From positions 1,674,001 to 1,738,000 of the forward strand of contig CAVNZM010000015.1 in NCBI GenBank assembly GCA_963693365.1: 64,000 nt of DNA, written 5' to 3'. Below, one piece after another: positions 50,312-63,680 of the stretch. Position 1 is the first letter of the stretch. Each line of letters opens with the position of its first letter. The notes below the pieces were generated by a model, which made no database searches, was not told the DNA's origin, and saw nothing but the letters and a program-made list of their open reading frames with translations. A program made the translations under genes and the position numbers. Source of the stretch: Amoebidium appalachense. Taxonomy: Eukaryota > Protista > Ichthyosporea.

Positions 50312-51061
50312 ATCCTCCTGTGGCATCATCACTATCGTTTTTTCCCTCTCACCCCTGTCTATGTTTCGCACACGCGCACGCACGCACGCCGCACACACCA
50401 CACACACCACTGAAGTTCTAAATACTTTATCGTGACAGGCTGTGCACCTGAGTCAAGTTCTTGTGCAGCTGAAAACTCATAGATGAACAATTTGATATGA
50501 TCTTCGTGTTTCATGATGTTGGTGCCATGGTGTTGGTGGTGTGTGTGTGTGTTGGGGGGGGGGGGGGGGGGGGGGGGGAGGGGGAGGGGGGGGGGGGGGG
50601 AGGGGGAGGGGGGTCTCCACGTGTCTGTAATCACTGTTGGAAGCGCATTGAGGCTAGGGCACCCGGCCGTGCTAAACATTGTCACAAACCAACACAAAAA
50701 GTATGCTGTTGCACTTAGCAGATGAGGCTCAGACTCTTCAGATCCTGGCCGAGTTAACTGATGACATCCATAGGCAGGCTGCAAGTCATGCACCCGGCCA
50801 CATATCCTCAGATTCGATTCATTGATTGCAGCATGTACGTTCACTCTCTCCCTCCCTCCCTCCCTCCCTTCCCCTTGCCCTCCCCATTCCCTCCTTCCCC
50901 TCCCCCCCCTTCCCCCCCCCCCCCCCCCCCCCTCTCTCTCTTTCTCTCCCCCCCTTCTCTCTCCTTTCCCCTCCCTCCCGACTTGCTTCTCGAGTTCTCT
51001 CCCCTTCCAAACCATCCCTCCCTCCCTCTCGCATGTTTTTGTGTGTGGTTGATGGGGGAAA

Positions 51062-51102
<41 letters not shown>

Positions 51103-51338
51103 AGGGGGGGGTAGTTTCAGTCAACGTGAATCCACTGCTTTCACTGGGCTTTGCCCTAATTCATTTCTCCTCTTTTCTTTTCCCTCCCAGTCTCGCTCTT
51201 TATTTGGGTCCTCCTTTTCTTCTAAAACATAACCGTGGGTGTGCGCACGCGCGCGTGCACGTGCACGTGCGTGTGTGTGCGCGTGTGTGCGTGTGCATGT
51301 GTCGGTGAAATCGAATTATACTTTACATTTATGTTTCC

Positions 51339-51382
<44 letters not shown>

Positions 51383-52646
51383 GGGGGGGAGGGGGGGGGG
51401 GGGGGGAAGGGGTAAGAAGGCCGGAGGGGTGGGAGGAGGAGAGGGGGAGGAGGAGAGAGCGGGGGGGTGAGGGGGATGTCGTTCAGATCCACGGGCCCTT
51501 AAGTGGTACCAATTATGAATAAACACGAAAGAAATGTATTGGTCACTCGTCGGTTTGCCAAGTGAGGTTTCATAATTTCAAACAAAAGTGCTTTGCATAT
51601 CGTGGGCTGGGTTATTGTTAACCAAAAAGAAAAGAAAAGAGGGGGGGGGAAAAAGAAGGGAAAAAAAAACGTTTACTCCCCCCCCCCCCCCCCCCCCCCG
51701 GGGCCCCACAAACACACACACACCTCCCTCCCCCCCCTCCCCCCCCCCCCCTCCTCCCCTTTAAACACACACACATACACACACACTGCAAGTTAAACAA
51801 GGGCACCCTCCACTCAGACCTCACTTTCTATCCGACTCACATCAGATCATGGCTTCTACCTCGGATTAGCACAATGTCACATCATACAAAATCATTCAAT
51901 AGTATCTTCGGATGTTTTTAACGGAACAACCCACTCACTGACACTAAGTACAGATATTCTCCCCCACTTATCTATGTAATCCCTATAAAAATGCAAGGAC
52001 ATAACCATTTACCCCCCCTCCCCACCCCCTTTCCCTCCCTCTTGCCCCAACCACCACCACAACCGGAAGAGAAAAAAAACGAAAACAAATAATAATAAAA
52101 AGGATAATAAGACAACTGACTTATTTATCCGGAATGCCGGGATATTCTGTCAAAATAAATTGAAACAGAGATCTGAAGACCGAAAGACAACATAAAGAAA
52201 AGTAAAATCATTGCAATGAGAGCAACCACTACCAGTAGGAAAATATGCGAAAAAAAGAAAAACGGGGTAGAGAATATTGAAAAGGATGTTGTCAGAAACA
52301 TTGTGCATAGGTCTTTAGTCAGACTGTAGCTGAAGATAACGAGGAAAACACAGAACAAACCAGGACAGCCATTTGTAGATATCCATGCTGCCGTAGTAGT
52401 TTCGGCATGCTGCTATGCCGCCATATTGGACGATTTTTCATCCCCCCACCGCCTAGCCCAGGACGATGTCATTTGGTGAACAAGGACCACTTGTGACGGC
52501 CAGCAGCCTGTGAGAGTGAAGAATTGTAGTACAACAGACTCTACCATGCCACCCCCCCCCCCCCCCCCCCCCACACACACACCCCCCCCCCCCTCCTTTG
52601 TCGTGATTGTGTGCCTACTACTTGGCAACACAATACCCCCCCCCCC

Positions 52647-52677
<31 letters not shown>

Positions 52678-53243
52678 ACACACACACCGTGACTCACCCA
52701 ACAACAACAACCAAAAAAAAATAAAAAAATTATAATAATATAAAAATAAAAAAATACGGGAAAAGAAAAAAGGCTCTTTGATTGAAATGCTGTCTCATTC
52801 CTACTCCTACATTCACCCCAACGAACTGGAGGAACTTTAAAGAAGCCCCCCCCCCCCCCCCCCGGGGTGGAACCCGAAAGCTCAGCAAATAACACTGCAC
52901 CCACAATTCAACTCGCAACACGATGCCAACACACCAGCTGCCCGCACGCCCATTTTAACAATTGTTTGTTGCAGGTATTTAAAACAATCACACATACACC
53001 CACACATACTCACACACAACAAGTGCATGCAGTGCATGCATGCACTGGTGCGTGTGCGACACTGTGCGTGTGTGTGCGTGTGTGCGTGTGTGCGTGTGTG
53101 CGTGTATGTGTGTGTATGGGTGTATGTGTGTACGCGCGCACACGCACACACTTATCTATTTCTTTTCTTTCGCTTCAGAATCTGTCTTTTTTTCCCGTCC
53201 ATCCATTTCTTTTTCTTCTTCTTTTTTTTTTTGTAGGGGCAGG

Positions 53244-53285
<42 letters not shown>

Positions 53286-53339
53286 GGGGAGGGAGGGGGA
53301 GGGTTACCCATTTTGTCGGCGCAGATTGTCAATGGCAAT

Positions 53340-55279
53340 TTAAGCCTTAAGTTGATCCCTCAAATGAATTGCCTGCCTGAGTTCTGCTTGTCGCCTTTCC
53401 GATTCCTCATAATCTTCTAGCAAAAGCGGATCTCGTTGAATGAATCTGAAAGCACATGAGCCAGGATAAACTAATCCAAACGGGCTGCCGTAGTACGACG
53501 TCGTTGTGGTCGGACACGTTACAAGCAATGAGCACGATTCGAAACTGCAGTTTGCGCCAAGGGTTACATTGTTGATGCTCGGGTGGTTTCGAAAACACTC
53601 GATAGATCGAAGTTCGGGCAGCCTTTTAAGCGTCAGTGTTTGGATTGATGGAACGCTCCCAAACACCGAAATTTCCGAGAGTGAAACGCACGAGGACAGT
53701 TGCACGGTGGAAAGTTCCGGCGCATGTACGGGTCCGTCTCCGAAACTTTCAAGGCGAAAGCAGTGTTCGATCGATAAACTCTTCAGACGGGGGTTATTCA
53801 GTGGGGGAAAGGCGGTGAGTCGGGGAAGGCTGCGTAGCGCGAGATTCTCCAAACTTGGAAAGCGAGTGATTGCATTAACCTCAACGAGTTCCTCACAGCT
53901 CTCAATTTAAACCTGTGATAGTGCTGGTGCGGATATTTCGTCTTCATCGCGCCACAACGTTGTGAGGGAATCACACGACCAGATCAAAAGTGATGTCATG
54001 CGCGGGTGGTTTAAGGGGAAAAGCGTGTTCAAACCCAAATCATGTAGGTCGAGTTTTCTTATGCTGGTAACATGCCGCAGCCTGGTGACGTTTGTCAGAA
54101 AAGAACATGAATAAAGTGTGATGTCTTCCAAATATGGCGCACTTGCAAAGTCTCCACCGAATTCTATCAACGAATCGCAATTAGCGATGGTGATGTTACG
54201 CAAATGTGGATGGTTGAGTTGAAAAGACGTGAAATCATTGCTTATTGTATTACTCGAGACTGAGTTTAACGACTGAGGTCAGAGTGTTAACTATGTTGCC
54301 CACACCTCGAGCTCGACAGGATATCGAAATTTCTTTGAGGTTGTGGCAATAGGCCAGAAAGCTCACATCATGTAGGTTTAGGCAGCTTGCCAGCGACACC
54401 ACTTGAAGATGGTCACATGAAGCGGACGAACGAATAGCACAAAGAGAAGGCACAAACTCAATCTGCAGTGAGCGTTGGTGAGGGTGGTTATCTAGCGACA
54501 AAATGGCTGGATGAACATGTTGTCGATCGAACGTTTTGCTGAGGTCGTCGCACACTGCGAGATTTCTACGCGCCCTAAGTGCTCCAAGCTGTAATAGGGT
54601 ATCATGTGATGTATACCCACGATCAACACTAAAAGAGCGAAGGGTGTGTGCATGGTTCGTGAAAAAGGACGCGATCAGAGAGTCTGCCCCATTCGCTATA
54701 TCTACGAAACACGAGGTTGAGGCCCTGCACGGATACCGTGCTCAGTTTGGAATACCGACCGTTTGCTTGGGTGAGAATGGTTGCAATATTGCTGAACACC
54801 TGAATGAGTTTCTCGGACTTGACGTATGTATAGGCAGATGTGATGTTTATGGATGTCGGGTCCACGAGGGACAGTACTGTGGGAAGCCAAAGATACCACG
54901 ACTCCAGCACGTGCTCCTCAAGTGACCCGCCCATGATACGATCCTCAGCAAATTTCTCAACCATGATAACAATTTCCCCTACCGCTTCTTTCCACGGTTT
55001 CAGGTTCGCCACATCTTGAACAACCTCACATCGCAACATTCGTCGGTGGGACAATGCGTGTAGTGGAAGTGTGATTGTGCCAGGCTCCGGCGACCGGGCT
55101 ACTTGGGTGAAGCGGCGGCAAACGAGCGAAAATAGAAGCCGGTCACGAGTGGGTAGCTGGCGTAGAATCTTAAACAGCAGCTCAGGGAAAAGGTGGTAGA
55201 GGGGGCCATCTGGGGGAGGGGGGGGGGGGGGGGAGGGGGGAGGGGGGGGGGGGGGGGGGAGGGCAGGCCTGGGCAGCAT
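53340..55279 (-). pseudogene. Intronless F-box / leucine-rich-repeat gene with two frameshifts and one in-frame stop
   Basis: F-box PLYHLFPELLFKILRQLPTRDRLLFSLVCRRFTQVA; Cys-containing LRRs (LQVVSLASCLNLHDV, LEDITLYSCSFLTNV, LSTVQLSSCVSLSEI). Frame changes near 54700-54720 and ~54252; in-frame TAA at 53907-53909 inside an LRR (ALSQV*IESCEEL). Confidence 0.8.
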
Positions 55280-57227
55280 GTACTAAGAGTGGGGCTCTTG
55301 ATAAAGACATTCATGGGCATACAAGAAACCGATTTTTGTCCGCTCGACGGTCCACCGGTCTGGCCGCCCCCTAGAAGCCATCACCCCAGACCACGTCAAG
55401 CAGCACCACCAATTTGTTATCATCCGGCCTCAAGACATGACGTCATGAACAGCACCGGCCCTCTGACGTTGACGGCGCCGCGCGCCGCTTGGGCATCCCG
55501 ACAGCTCATCCCGGCCCAACGTTCAACTGAAGTGGCAAACCAATCCGAGTCACCGGCCACGTTTCGGGTCAGCGTCCTGGGCATGAGGTTTTCCCTTTCA
55601 AGTCTTTATGTTTGTGTATGTGTCCCGGGTCGCTCCCGGCTGGTGTTGTTAAAGTGAGCTGTGCTCACTTCCCCACTAGCGTTGCTGCGGCTAGAATTGT
55701 GGGATAAAGGCGTAACTAAAAATAGTGCCAGTTGGGGTCATTTAGAATCCTGACTTATGAATGTGCTATAATACAGTATGATCTGTGTCTAGGCGGAAGA
55801 CGGTAGTAAGCTCCCCTGAGGCAGTGCCTCGCTGGGAGTGAAACGGGAAAAATGGGCATACAAGAAACTTTGAAGAAAAGGGTAGGCAAGCAAGGAAGAA
55901 TGTAGAAAATAATCTAACTGGGTCGGCTGTATGTGCTATTTAACTATTATAGCATTTGTGTTTATATGGCAACTTAAGCCACCGACTTCTGCTGTCTCTT
56001 TAAGTCTTCTCTTTTCCCTCCGATGCTCCCTCTCGGCCTGGCGCGCATATCTAGAAGTTCCAATTTTATTTTGTTTTCTTACCCCCCCCCCCCCCCCCCC
56101 CCATACCTGAGACTGGTTTCTCTTTGCCTAGAGTAAACAGCGTAAACCCCAAACCCCTTCCCTTTTCCCTCTTCTTCTTCGCTATCCCTCCCTCCCTCCC
56201 TCCGTCCCTCCCTCTATCTACCGGTACCATCAATTCGGTTTCGGGTTACAATAATCCTCTTGGCGTGCGTGTGAATTTTGTTCTTTCCTTTCCTTTCTCA
56301 GATAACACCCTTTTGGGGGGGCGCGCGCGTGCGCGCGTGTGTGTGTGTTGTTTTTTTGTTTTTGTTTTTTTTTTTTGGGGGGGGGGGGAAGAAGAAAGAG
56401 GGGGAAATTTAACGACTATAGCTATATGGGAAAGAGGGCAAAAAAAGCAGAGGGATACTAGCCAGCAAATCAGCTAAGGCTTAACGTCACGGTAGGTGCA
56501 ACCTTTTGTTGTAAAGGGTAGTCTAGTGCTTTATGGGCAGGGTGAGATTGTTTTTTTCACGTGTAGCTCAGAGTTTGCAGGTCATTTAACTATAACGAAG
56601 GAACGGGGTGACCTCCCCCCCCCCCCCCCCCCCCCCAAAAAAAAATAATAAAAAAATAAAAAAAAATGAAGACTCTCCCCTGAGTTCCGTCAGTGACACC
56701 TCCACACCACATTCTAGCCGTTAGAAATAACTAAAAAAAAACACCCATGAGAGCGCCAACGTACTTCAAGTTCAGGGGTGAGTAACGACTGCTCTAAGAC
56801 TTCTTCTTCTGGCCTCGGTGCACTCATTGTTTCGTTTTCGTTGTCGACCAAGGCTCAGACGAAGATGCATGTTTTGCACACTGCACCGTCAGCTAACTTT
56901 CGTGAAATGCCACGGTCACAAAGCCTGATGTCCATCTTACACCCTATACAATCCTCAACATGATATATGTTACGTATCAAGTCCTAGTTTCTTCGAATCC
57001 GGGGGTGTCTTTTCAACCACAAACACCTAGAAAAGATAAATCTTCTTTTCCTGTCATTAGCAGAACAACATGCTGTTGGGAACGATTGTAGTGTGTGTGT
57101 GACAAGTGTGCCGCCTGTGTAATTTCTTGCACCCGTGTCATTAGTTTGAGACCAATTAAAAAATAGGACATCAAGTTGGAACTGTCCAGCATAAGCTTCA
57201 AGTTGCAGCAGCGCCAGCCTTCCAAAA

Positions 57228-57603
57228 GCACGTGATCGTTTCACGTGTTGCTGGTGCTTTCTCCACCAATCCGATCGTGCTGGAGCTTGCACGTGAAACG
57301 ATCACGCCACCAGACCATGGAGTCTGCAAGTTCTGAATGTGAAAGTTTCACGTGCGTGACCAGTGTGCTTTCACATATATAGGTTGGAACGGACCTCCAG
57401 CCGGGCAGTGTCAGCTTTTGAAATGCACATGATTGTTTCACGTGTTGCTGCCGTGGTGCTTTCTCCACCAATCACAGTGACTCGTGTTGGAGCTTCAAGC
57501 GCTTCGGCTTTTGGAAATTAAAGCACGTGAAACGATCACGCCACCTGGTGGAGCTTGCAAGTTCTGGACGTGAAAGCTTCACGTGCCAACAGCGTGCTTA
57601 ACA
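57228..57603. repeat. Two related tandem units (~140-180 bp), each with an internal 17-bp inverted repeat and several CACGTG motifs
   Basis: CGTGATCGTTTCACGTG (57231-57247) / CACGTGAAACGATCACG (57290-57306); second unit 57428-57444 / 57524-57540. Confidence 0.8.
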
Positions 57604-58463
57604 CCAATCGTTCTTGTTTTCAGCAATAACCGTTGAGCTGGTATTACTGCCAGTTCGACGCTGCCTTCTAGTAGCTTCTCCTGGCTCTCATGGAGGGGCG
57701 TCGAGGCTCGCTCCCAGGCCTCGCTGTGCTCGGCCCGGGGCTCGCCTGGGGTCGCCCCCTGTCGGGTTCGCCGGGGCACGACCCCAGAAAGTTCTGGCGT
57801 TATCTGGACACATTCCAAGACCTAAATTAGAAAAACGCGTTATCCAATCAGGTCCCGGTTCAATCTTACACGTGCACCCCAAACAATAACACGATCATTC
57901 TTTTGAATCTCCCGCAAGCGCGGCGCCACTCTCGCTGGTCACAATTGCAGACGCACCGCCAGATCTATTTGAAAGTATTTGCCAATCATAACCGGCCACA
58001 TCTATTCGAATCTATTTGCCAATCATAAGCTCCCGTTAAAACGTTAAGTCCCACAGGGCACAGAATCGCGTAACGGATCATAGGAGACTTTGAGATGATC
58101 AGCCGAGCCAAGTGAATGGGCCGAGAGGCTTGCGTTATCACATTCCTAAATTTTGATGATATTTTTCAACCCCTGGATAACAGCCCTGATATAGTAAATG
58201 TTGATGACTCGCCGGCGCAGGCGGATCCCCCAAAACTACGTATGTGCGATACGAGCCGAATGTCACAAAGCAGTTAAAAGAAAGTGAAAGATGATTTTTC
58301 CCAGTAAAATTATAACACAGACATAGCTGCACTCTTATGTATATTATATAAATAAATATTAATTTTAAAGAATTATGGTACTCCTTTACTCCTTTATCAT
58401 ACCGAATCCATAGTTTAGTTCTGAGTTTACATGTGTGAAAAAAGGCGAGTCGATAGGACCCAA

Positions 58464-58649
58464 ATTCCTGATTGATTAACTACCTACGTCATCGGATTTG
58501 AATTCCCTTTCAGCCTGAGTATATATACCTGTTTTACATCTTTGTTTTATTCATTCGTGAGACTTTCTTGATTGATTAACTACCTACTAGCATCGGATTT
58601 GAATTCCCTTTCAGTATATATACCGTTAAAAATCTTTTGTTTTATTCAG
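58464..58649 (+). repeat. ~100-bp tandem duplication immediately upstream of LINE ORF1
   Basis: TGATTGATTAACTACCTAC...CATCGGATTTGAATTCCCTTTCAG...ATCTTTTGTTTTATTCA occurs twice. Confidence 0.9.
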
Positions 58650-61296
58650 GCCCAACACCATGGCCTCCCAGCACGACCTCCGAGTCGTCCCTCTCGATGG
58701 CAAGCGGGTGCACAGTCCCGAGCAGTCCCCCCCGCCCCAACATGCAAACCGGTTTGGTGTCCTCGCTATCGAAAACTCCGACGACATCCTGGATTTTGAG
58801 TCCCAGCAGGCGAGTCAGCAGGTTGTGTTGTCTACTCCACAACCTTCCATCCCAGCCGCTAAGAAACACAAGACCAACACAGACCAACTCACCTACGTGA
58901 TGAAAATGCCCGCCTTCGCGTCCAAGTGACTCAGTCTGAGCTCCTGCAGCAGGTGAAGGAACTCAATGCCACCCTGAACAGCTCGTTTCATCGATACGTC
59001 TTCGCCTTCCCGTGAGCAGCCGGTGCCGGGGCCGGCCGCTGCGGAAGCTGCTGTGGCCTCTACCCCTAACGGAGGTGGCCCTCGCATTCCCACCGTCATT
59101 CCGGAACGGTCGGAGATTCGCGGAGCCGCCCCCCCTGCCAATTCCATACCCGTTTCCTATGCTGCCGCCGCTACTCGCTCCGAGGAGGACGCACTTCGTG
59201 AGGAGGCCAACAAGGTTGGCTCGGTCAAGGGCAAGCCTTTCTGAACGGTGCCGTCCCCGTCCTGTCAACCCCATGTCACGTCAGGACCAAGCCCGTGCTC
59301 ACTCTCCCGCTTTCAAACCCGTCTACGTCACCCTTGCTCGCGGCCCCATCTCGCAGATCAAGCAAGATTTTCGGGCAATTCGTGTGCGCACCAGCAAAAT
59401 TCGCAATTATTCCTTCATCGGCGGCCATGTGCTTGAGCTTCTTGTTGAGGAGGACTACGAGGCTGAGTTGTGCACCAAGCTGCGCAACCTTCTGCACCTC
59501 GAAATTCTGGACTCGGCGGCTTTTCAGCCTGATGCGCTTGGTAACATTCGGCAACAGAAATTTATGGACACCGGCAAAACCGCTTTGGACATGCTTCGCG
59601 GGCGGTTGCAGAAACAGGTGGCCTTTTTCGAGCGGGCGGACGGATCCCCCCGCCATGTGACTGCGTCCCAGGAGGTGGCGGCTTTTTATCGCGCGTGGTT
59701 GGATCGGATTGGCGCACAGCAGGCCGCTGCCGGAAATTAAATTGCTCAACAATCTCAACCTCTTTCTTTTTTGTTTTGGAATGTTCATGGTTTACAATCC
59801 CCGCAATTGCAATACATTTTCGACTGTGTTCGTACCTATTCTTTTGTTGTTCTTGCCGAGACATGGTTCTATAATCATCATCAGTTGGAGCAATCCGGAT
59901 TTTTGATTGGGTCTTCGTCATCGACTGGTTTTTCCCGAGGCGGCATCGCGGTTTTAGCCAATCCTAGCATTCGCTCGAATTGCAGGGTCATTGCGGCGCA
60001 TGAGTATTTCGTCACCATTCAGTTTCGTGCGTGGACTTTGTCTTTCGTGTACTTTGCTCCATCGTTAGGTACTGACACTTTGTCAGCCGTGGTTAACCGA
60101 ATTCCCGTTTCTCAAGTTTTTATCGGTGACTTCAATTGTCCAGTGGTTCCGTGTGATAGGGAACATACCCCGTCCCCAGCACAGTTTCGTCCTTTTTCTG
60201 ACCGTGCTCGTGTCCTCGCCAACCTTCTTCGAAAGCACCTTGTCCGTCTTCCTCGCGTTTTCGCTAACCACGCGACTGACTGGGGTGCCTCGTTTTGGGA
60301 CTCCACCCTTCGAGTACTAATTTCCCCACCCGATTCCTTACGGCGTAGTTCGGACCATTCCCCTGTAGAATTTTCGGTTTCCTTCCCTGTTCACTTCGGC
60401 GGGGCTACTCAGACTAACCGCCGCCTCTTATCTCGCGGTTTCAAGCACAAGTTAAACCAGTTCAACTCGCCGTCAAGGAGTATAAGTCGGTTCATGGCTT
60501 CTTTCTTGCCGCAGTGCGCGACGCCCGTGCGCAGCGGAACCCGGCTATTTTGGTGGTTTGTTATAAATTAAATGAGTTTGTTGAGTTTCTATTTGCCCTT
60601 GGCGAGCAGGTGGTGGGCACGGTTGAGTACCCTTCCGTTCGGCTGAGACAGTCTCACGTTTTGCAGTCCCTACGACAGTTGTTGCCTCTACAGGAAGCAT
60701 TATCGGTCTGGAAATCCGCCGGCCGGTTTGAGCCTTCCGTGCAAGTCTATGCCTCGTCTCCTTCCATCTCCGTCGCTGAATCCGTCGATGACTATTATGC
60801 TTCCCTATTTTCGCTTCCTAATGTGTCCACGGTTCCATCACCGCCCGCTGGCCTCTCCCAGCCGCCGAGTTGGGAGCCGGACCGATCGTTCCCGGGCACT
60901 TTTCACAGTTATTTCAACTCTTCGGCTGTTAAAACCCCGCAAGGCGCGCGGGCCGGATGCTCTTCCTCCCGTGCTTTTCAAGGTTCTTTCTCCCGTGCTT
61001 CCGCCCCGTAATCGTGCAGAGTCCCCCCCGCCCCCGCCTTTTGCTGTCCTTCTTAGTGAGTTTTTTTCGGCTTTTTTCGAACTCGGGTTTATTCCAAATT
61101 CGTGGCTTGACACAATCGTTACGCCCGTTCGTAAGAAGGTATCGCAGGGGGTCATTAACGTCCCGTCACACTTACCAACGTTTTTCGTCGGCTCTTCGAG
61201 GGTTGCATGCTTCGCGCGTTTAACACCGACAATTTTTTAAACGCCGTGTTCCGTCTTTCTTCCCTTCAAGGGGGCTTTCGTTATGCCTATTCGTGT

Positions 61297-62357
61297 ACCA
61301 TGGCACGGCTACACCGAGATCACCCCACCGTCGTTACACAGCCCACATGCCCCCGGTGCAGCCAGCACCCTGAGACCACCACCCACCTCTGGGCCTGCCC
61401 GGCCCATGCCGGGGAAGTCCCCACCCTGACCACCGCCATCACAGCCTGCATCCACAACGTCCTGCACACTCGTCATCCAAACACCCCCACGGCACAGCAC
61501 CACCATACGGCAGCCACGGTGGTAGACCAATGTGCATGGATAAACTGGATAGGAGGCAACGGTGACCCACCTGACCCCGAAGACACCAAGTGGGTCGAAC
61601 GGGGATTCTGCCCACGATCGGTGGGCCCACTACTTGCAGCCACCGGCACCACCAAGACCACCACCCGGGCCATCTTAGGAAAAATCACAGTAGAGTTGCA
61701 ATCCTTTTTCTTTGCAAAAATTTGGCACCCACGGAACACAACACTCCCCCCACCCACCCTAAAATGCAAAAACACCACCATATACCCACCACCCGTAGAA
61801 AGAAAAGTATGGCTCTCCAAAAACCCAAAAAACCAACAAATACACCCCCCACACACACCCGGCCGGCCTGTTCTGAATGCCGGAACACCCACAGACCCGG
61901 TGTGCCCTGTAAAACCCACCTTTTAGTCCACAAAAACATCGCCACAACATACGTACACCAACACATAATGTTAGGCAGCAACCCCCCACCACCACCACCA
62001 CCACACCCCATCATCCACCCATACCCACCGTAAATATTATACACAACACCTAGGACTTCCCAATACTGTAGATCGACCAATGAGAGCCCTCGGTTAACGT
62101 TTATTGCTAGGTTTTTGAATGGAGGGGAGGACTGGAGCCTCCTGCCGGCGTGGCTGGGGTAGTAGCCCTGGGCAAAGTGTGTACTTATAGTTAGGTTGTG
62201 AAGGATGGTTTAGCTTAGCTGAACTCATAGATAGCACCTTAACTAGTGTACTGTCGGTGCTGTGTGGTAGACGGTAGTTTCCCTAGAGGGCCTGAAAAGG
62301 CCTCCGGGAACAAAACGTGATAAAATAAAAAAAAATAAATAAAAAAAAAAAAAAAAT
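61297..62357 (+). mobile_element. 5'-truncated copy of LINE family A nested in the RT of family C, with poly(A) tail and 16-bp TSD
   Basis: TSD TTATGCCTATTCGTGT at 61281-61296 and 62358-62373; A-tail 62322-62356. Encodes ARLHRDHPT..CPRCSQHPETTTHLWAC and DTKWVERGFCPRSVGPLL, homologous to the minus strand of 3100-3575. Confidence 0.95.
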
Positions 62358-63521
62358 TTATGCCTATTCGTGTTATACTCACAGCCTGTTACTCCATACT
62401 ATATCCATTACTTCTGGCTCTCCGCACGTTGTCTTCATCGACCTTAAGAACGCCTACGACACCGTACAGTACCCACTGGTTTGTTATGGCATAAGCTGGC
62501 TATGCGGGGCTTACTAACAGCCCCCTTTGGCCGTCTTCTGCAAGCGCTGTTTGATACCACTCGCGGACGAGCGGCGGTCAATGGAACATTAACACCCGGT
62601 TTTTCCCGCTCTTGGGGTCTTCTGCAGGGGTCCCTCCTGAGTCCGTTGTTGTTTGACGTTTTCATTGACGATTTAGCGTGCGCCCTCGAACCCTTTGGCC
62701 AACTGCATACCCGCTGTGTAACGGGTCTCCTTTTTGCGGACGATATTGTTCTTTGTTCCTTAACCGAAGATGTCATGCACCAGATGCTTCGTCAGTTGGA
62801 TCAATGGTGAACCGAGAATCTCATGACAGTCGGAATTGCAAAGTGTGCTACTTTTTCGAAAATGCTTCCTTTCGATTGGCCGGTCTTCCTATTCCTGTTC
62901 AGTGCACCTATGACCATTTGGGTATTCCTTTTACTGCACGGGGTATTGATTTCCGCAAGCTCCTCCGAGTCACGGCACGGATCGCTCGTGCGAAGGGTAA
63001 GCTTCACATCGTGTCAAATATGTTTCAACGGGAGTCTGTGATCCATCCTGCGAACCTTCTTCTCTAGTATAAACCTTTTTTACGGCCGGCTTTCGAATAT
63101 GGACCTCCGCTCATTGGCCTGCGCCCCACCTCGCGAGGCGGCCCGGCCGTGGCGCTGAAAGAGTTCGACGATTTTCAGGGTACTGCGCTGCGCACTTTGT
63201 TTCGTACTCGGTTTGTGCCTCTTTTAATCAGTATGTTTGGATTGTCGTCTGCTGTTTGTCGTATGGAGGAATTGTCGAAGTTCGTTTTTGTTTTCATTTA
63301 GTTAGGATACCTGATGGTCACCCTCTTTATGCTTTCTTTCCCCCCCTCCCTCCATCCGTCTTCCTCCCCGATTCACCAACGCTACTTCAGAATGTCCTCA
63401 GCCTACCCTCTTTCAACCTGATTCTTCCTCTCGCTATCTCACTCCCTCTTTCTTTTCTCTTCCTGTTTTTTCTGCCTTTTCGCGTTATTACCATACGCAG
63501 TATAAGTTTCTTTCTCATTCT

Positions 63522-63680
63522 GATAGAGAAATCAAAGGTAAAACTCAGTCGGCATGTGTTATGTTCATTAGGCAACACCGTACTGATCATTATCGCTTTT
63601 AGATAGAGAAATCAAAGGTAAATCTCAGTCGGCATGTGTTATGTTCCTTAGGCAACACCGTACTGATCATTATCGCTTTT
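63522..63680 (+). repeat. ~80-bp tandem duplication within the 3' region of LINE ORF2
   Basis: GATAGAGAAATCAAAGGTAAA.CTCAGTCGGCATGTGTTATGTTC.TTAGGCAACACCGTACTGATCATTATCGCTTTT occurs twice. Confidence 0.95.

Noticed and set aside
53907-53909. In-frame TAA at a position where a related LRR has Gln, suggesting stop-codon reassignment
   Set aside because: The two intact genes have no internal TAA/TAG across ~3,100 codons and end in TAG and TAA; the same locus also has frameshifts, so it is simply decayed.
56755-56970. Minus-strand fragment with CxxC...CxxC (CIGC...CKTC)
   Set aside because: Short, contains an in-frame stop, and I cannot assign it to a family.
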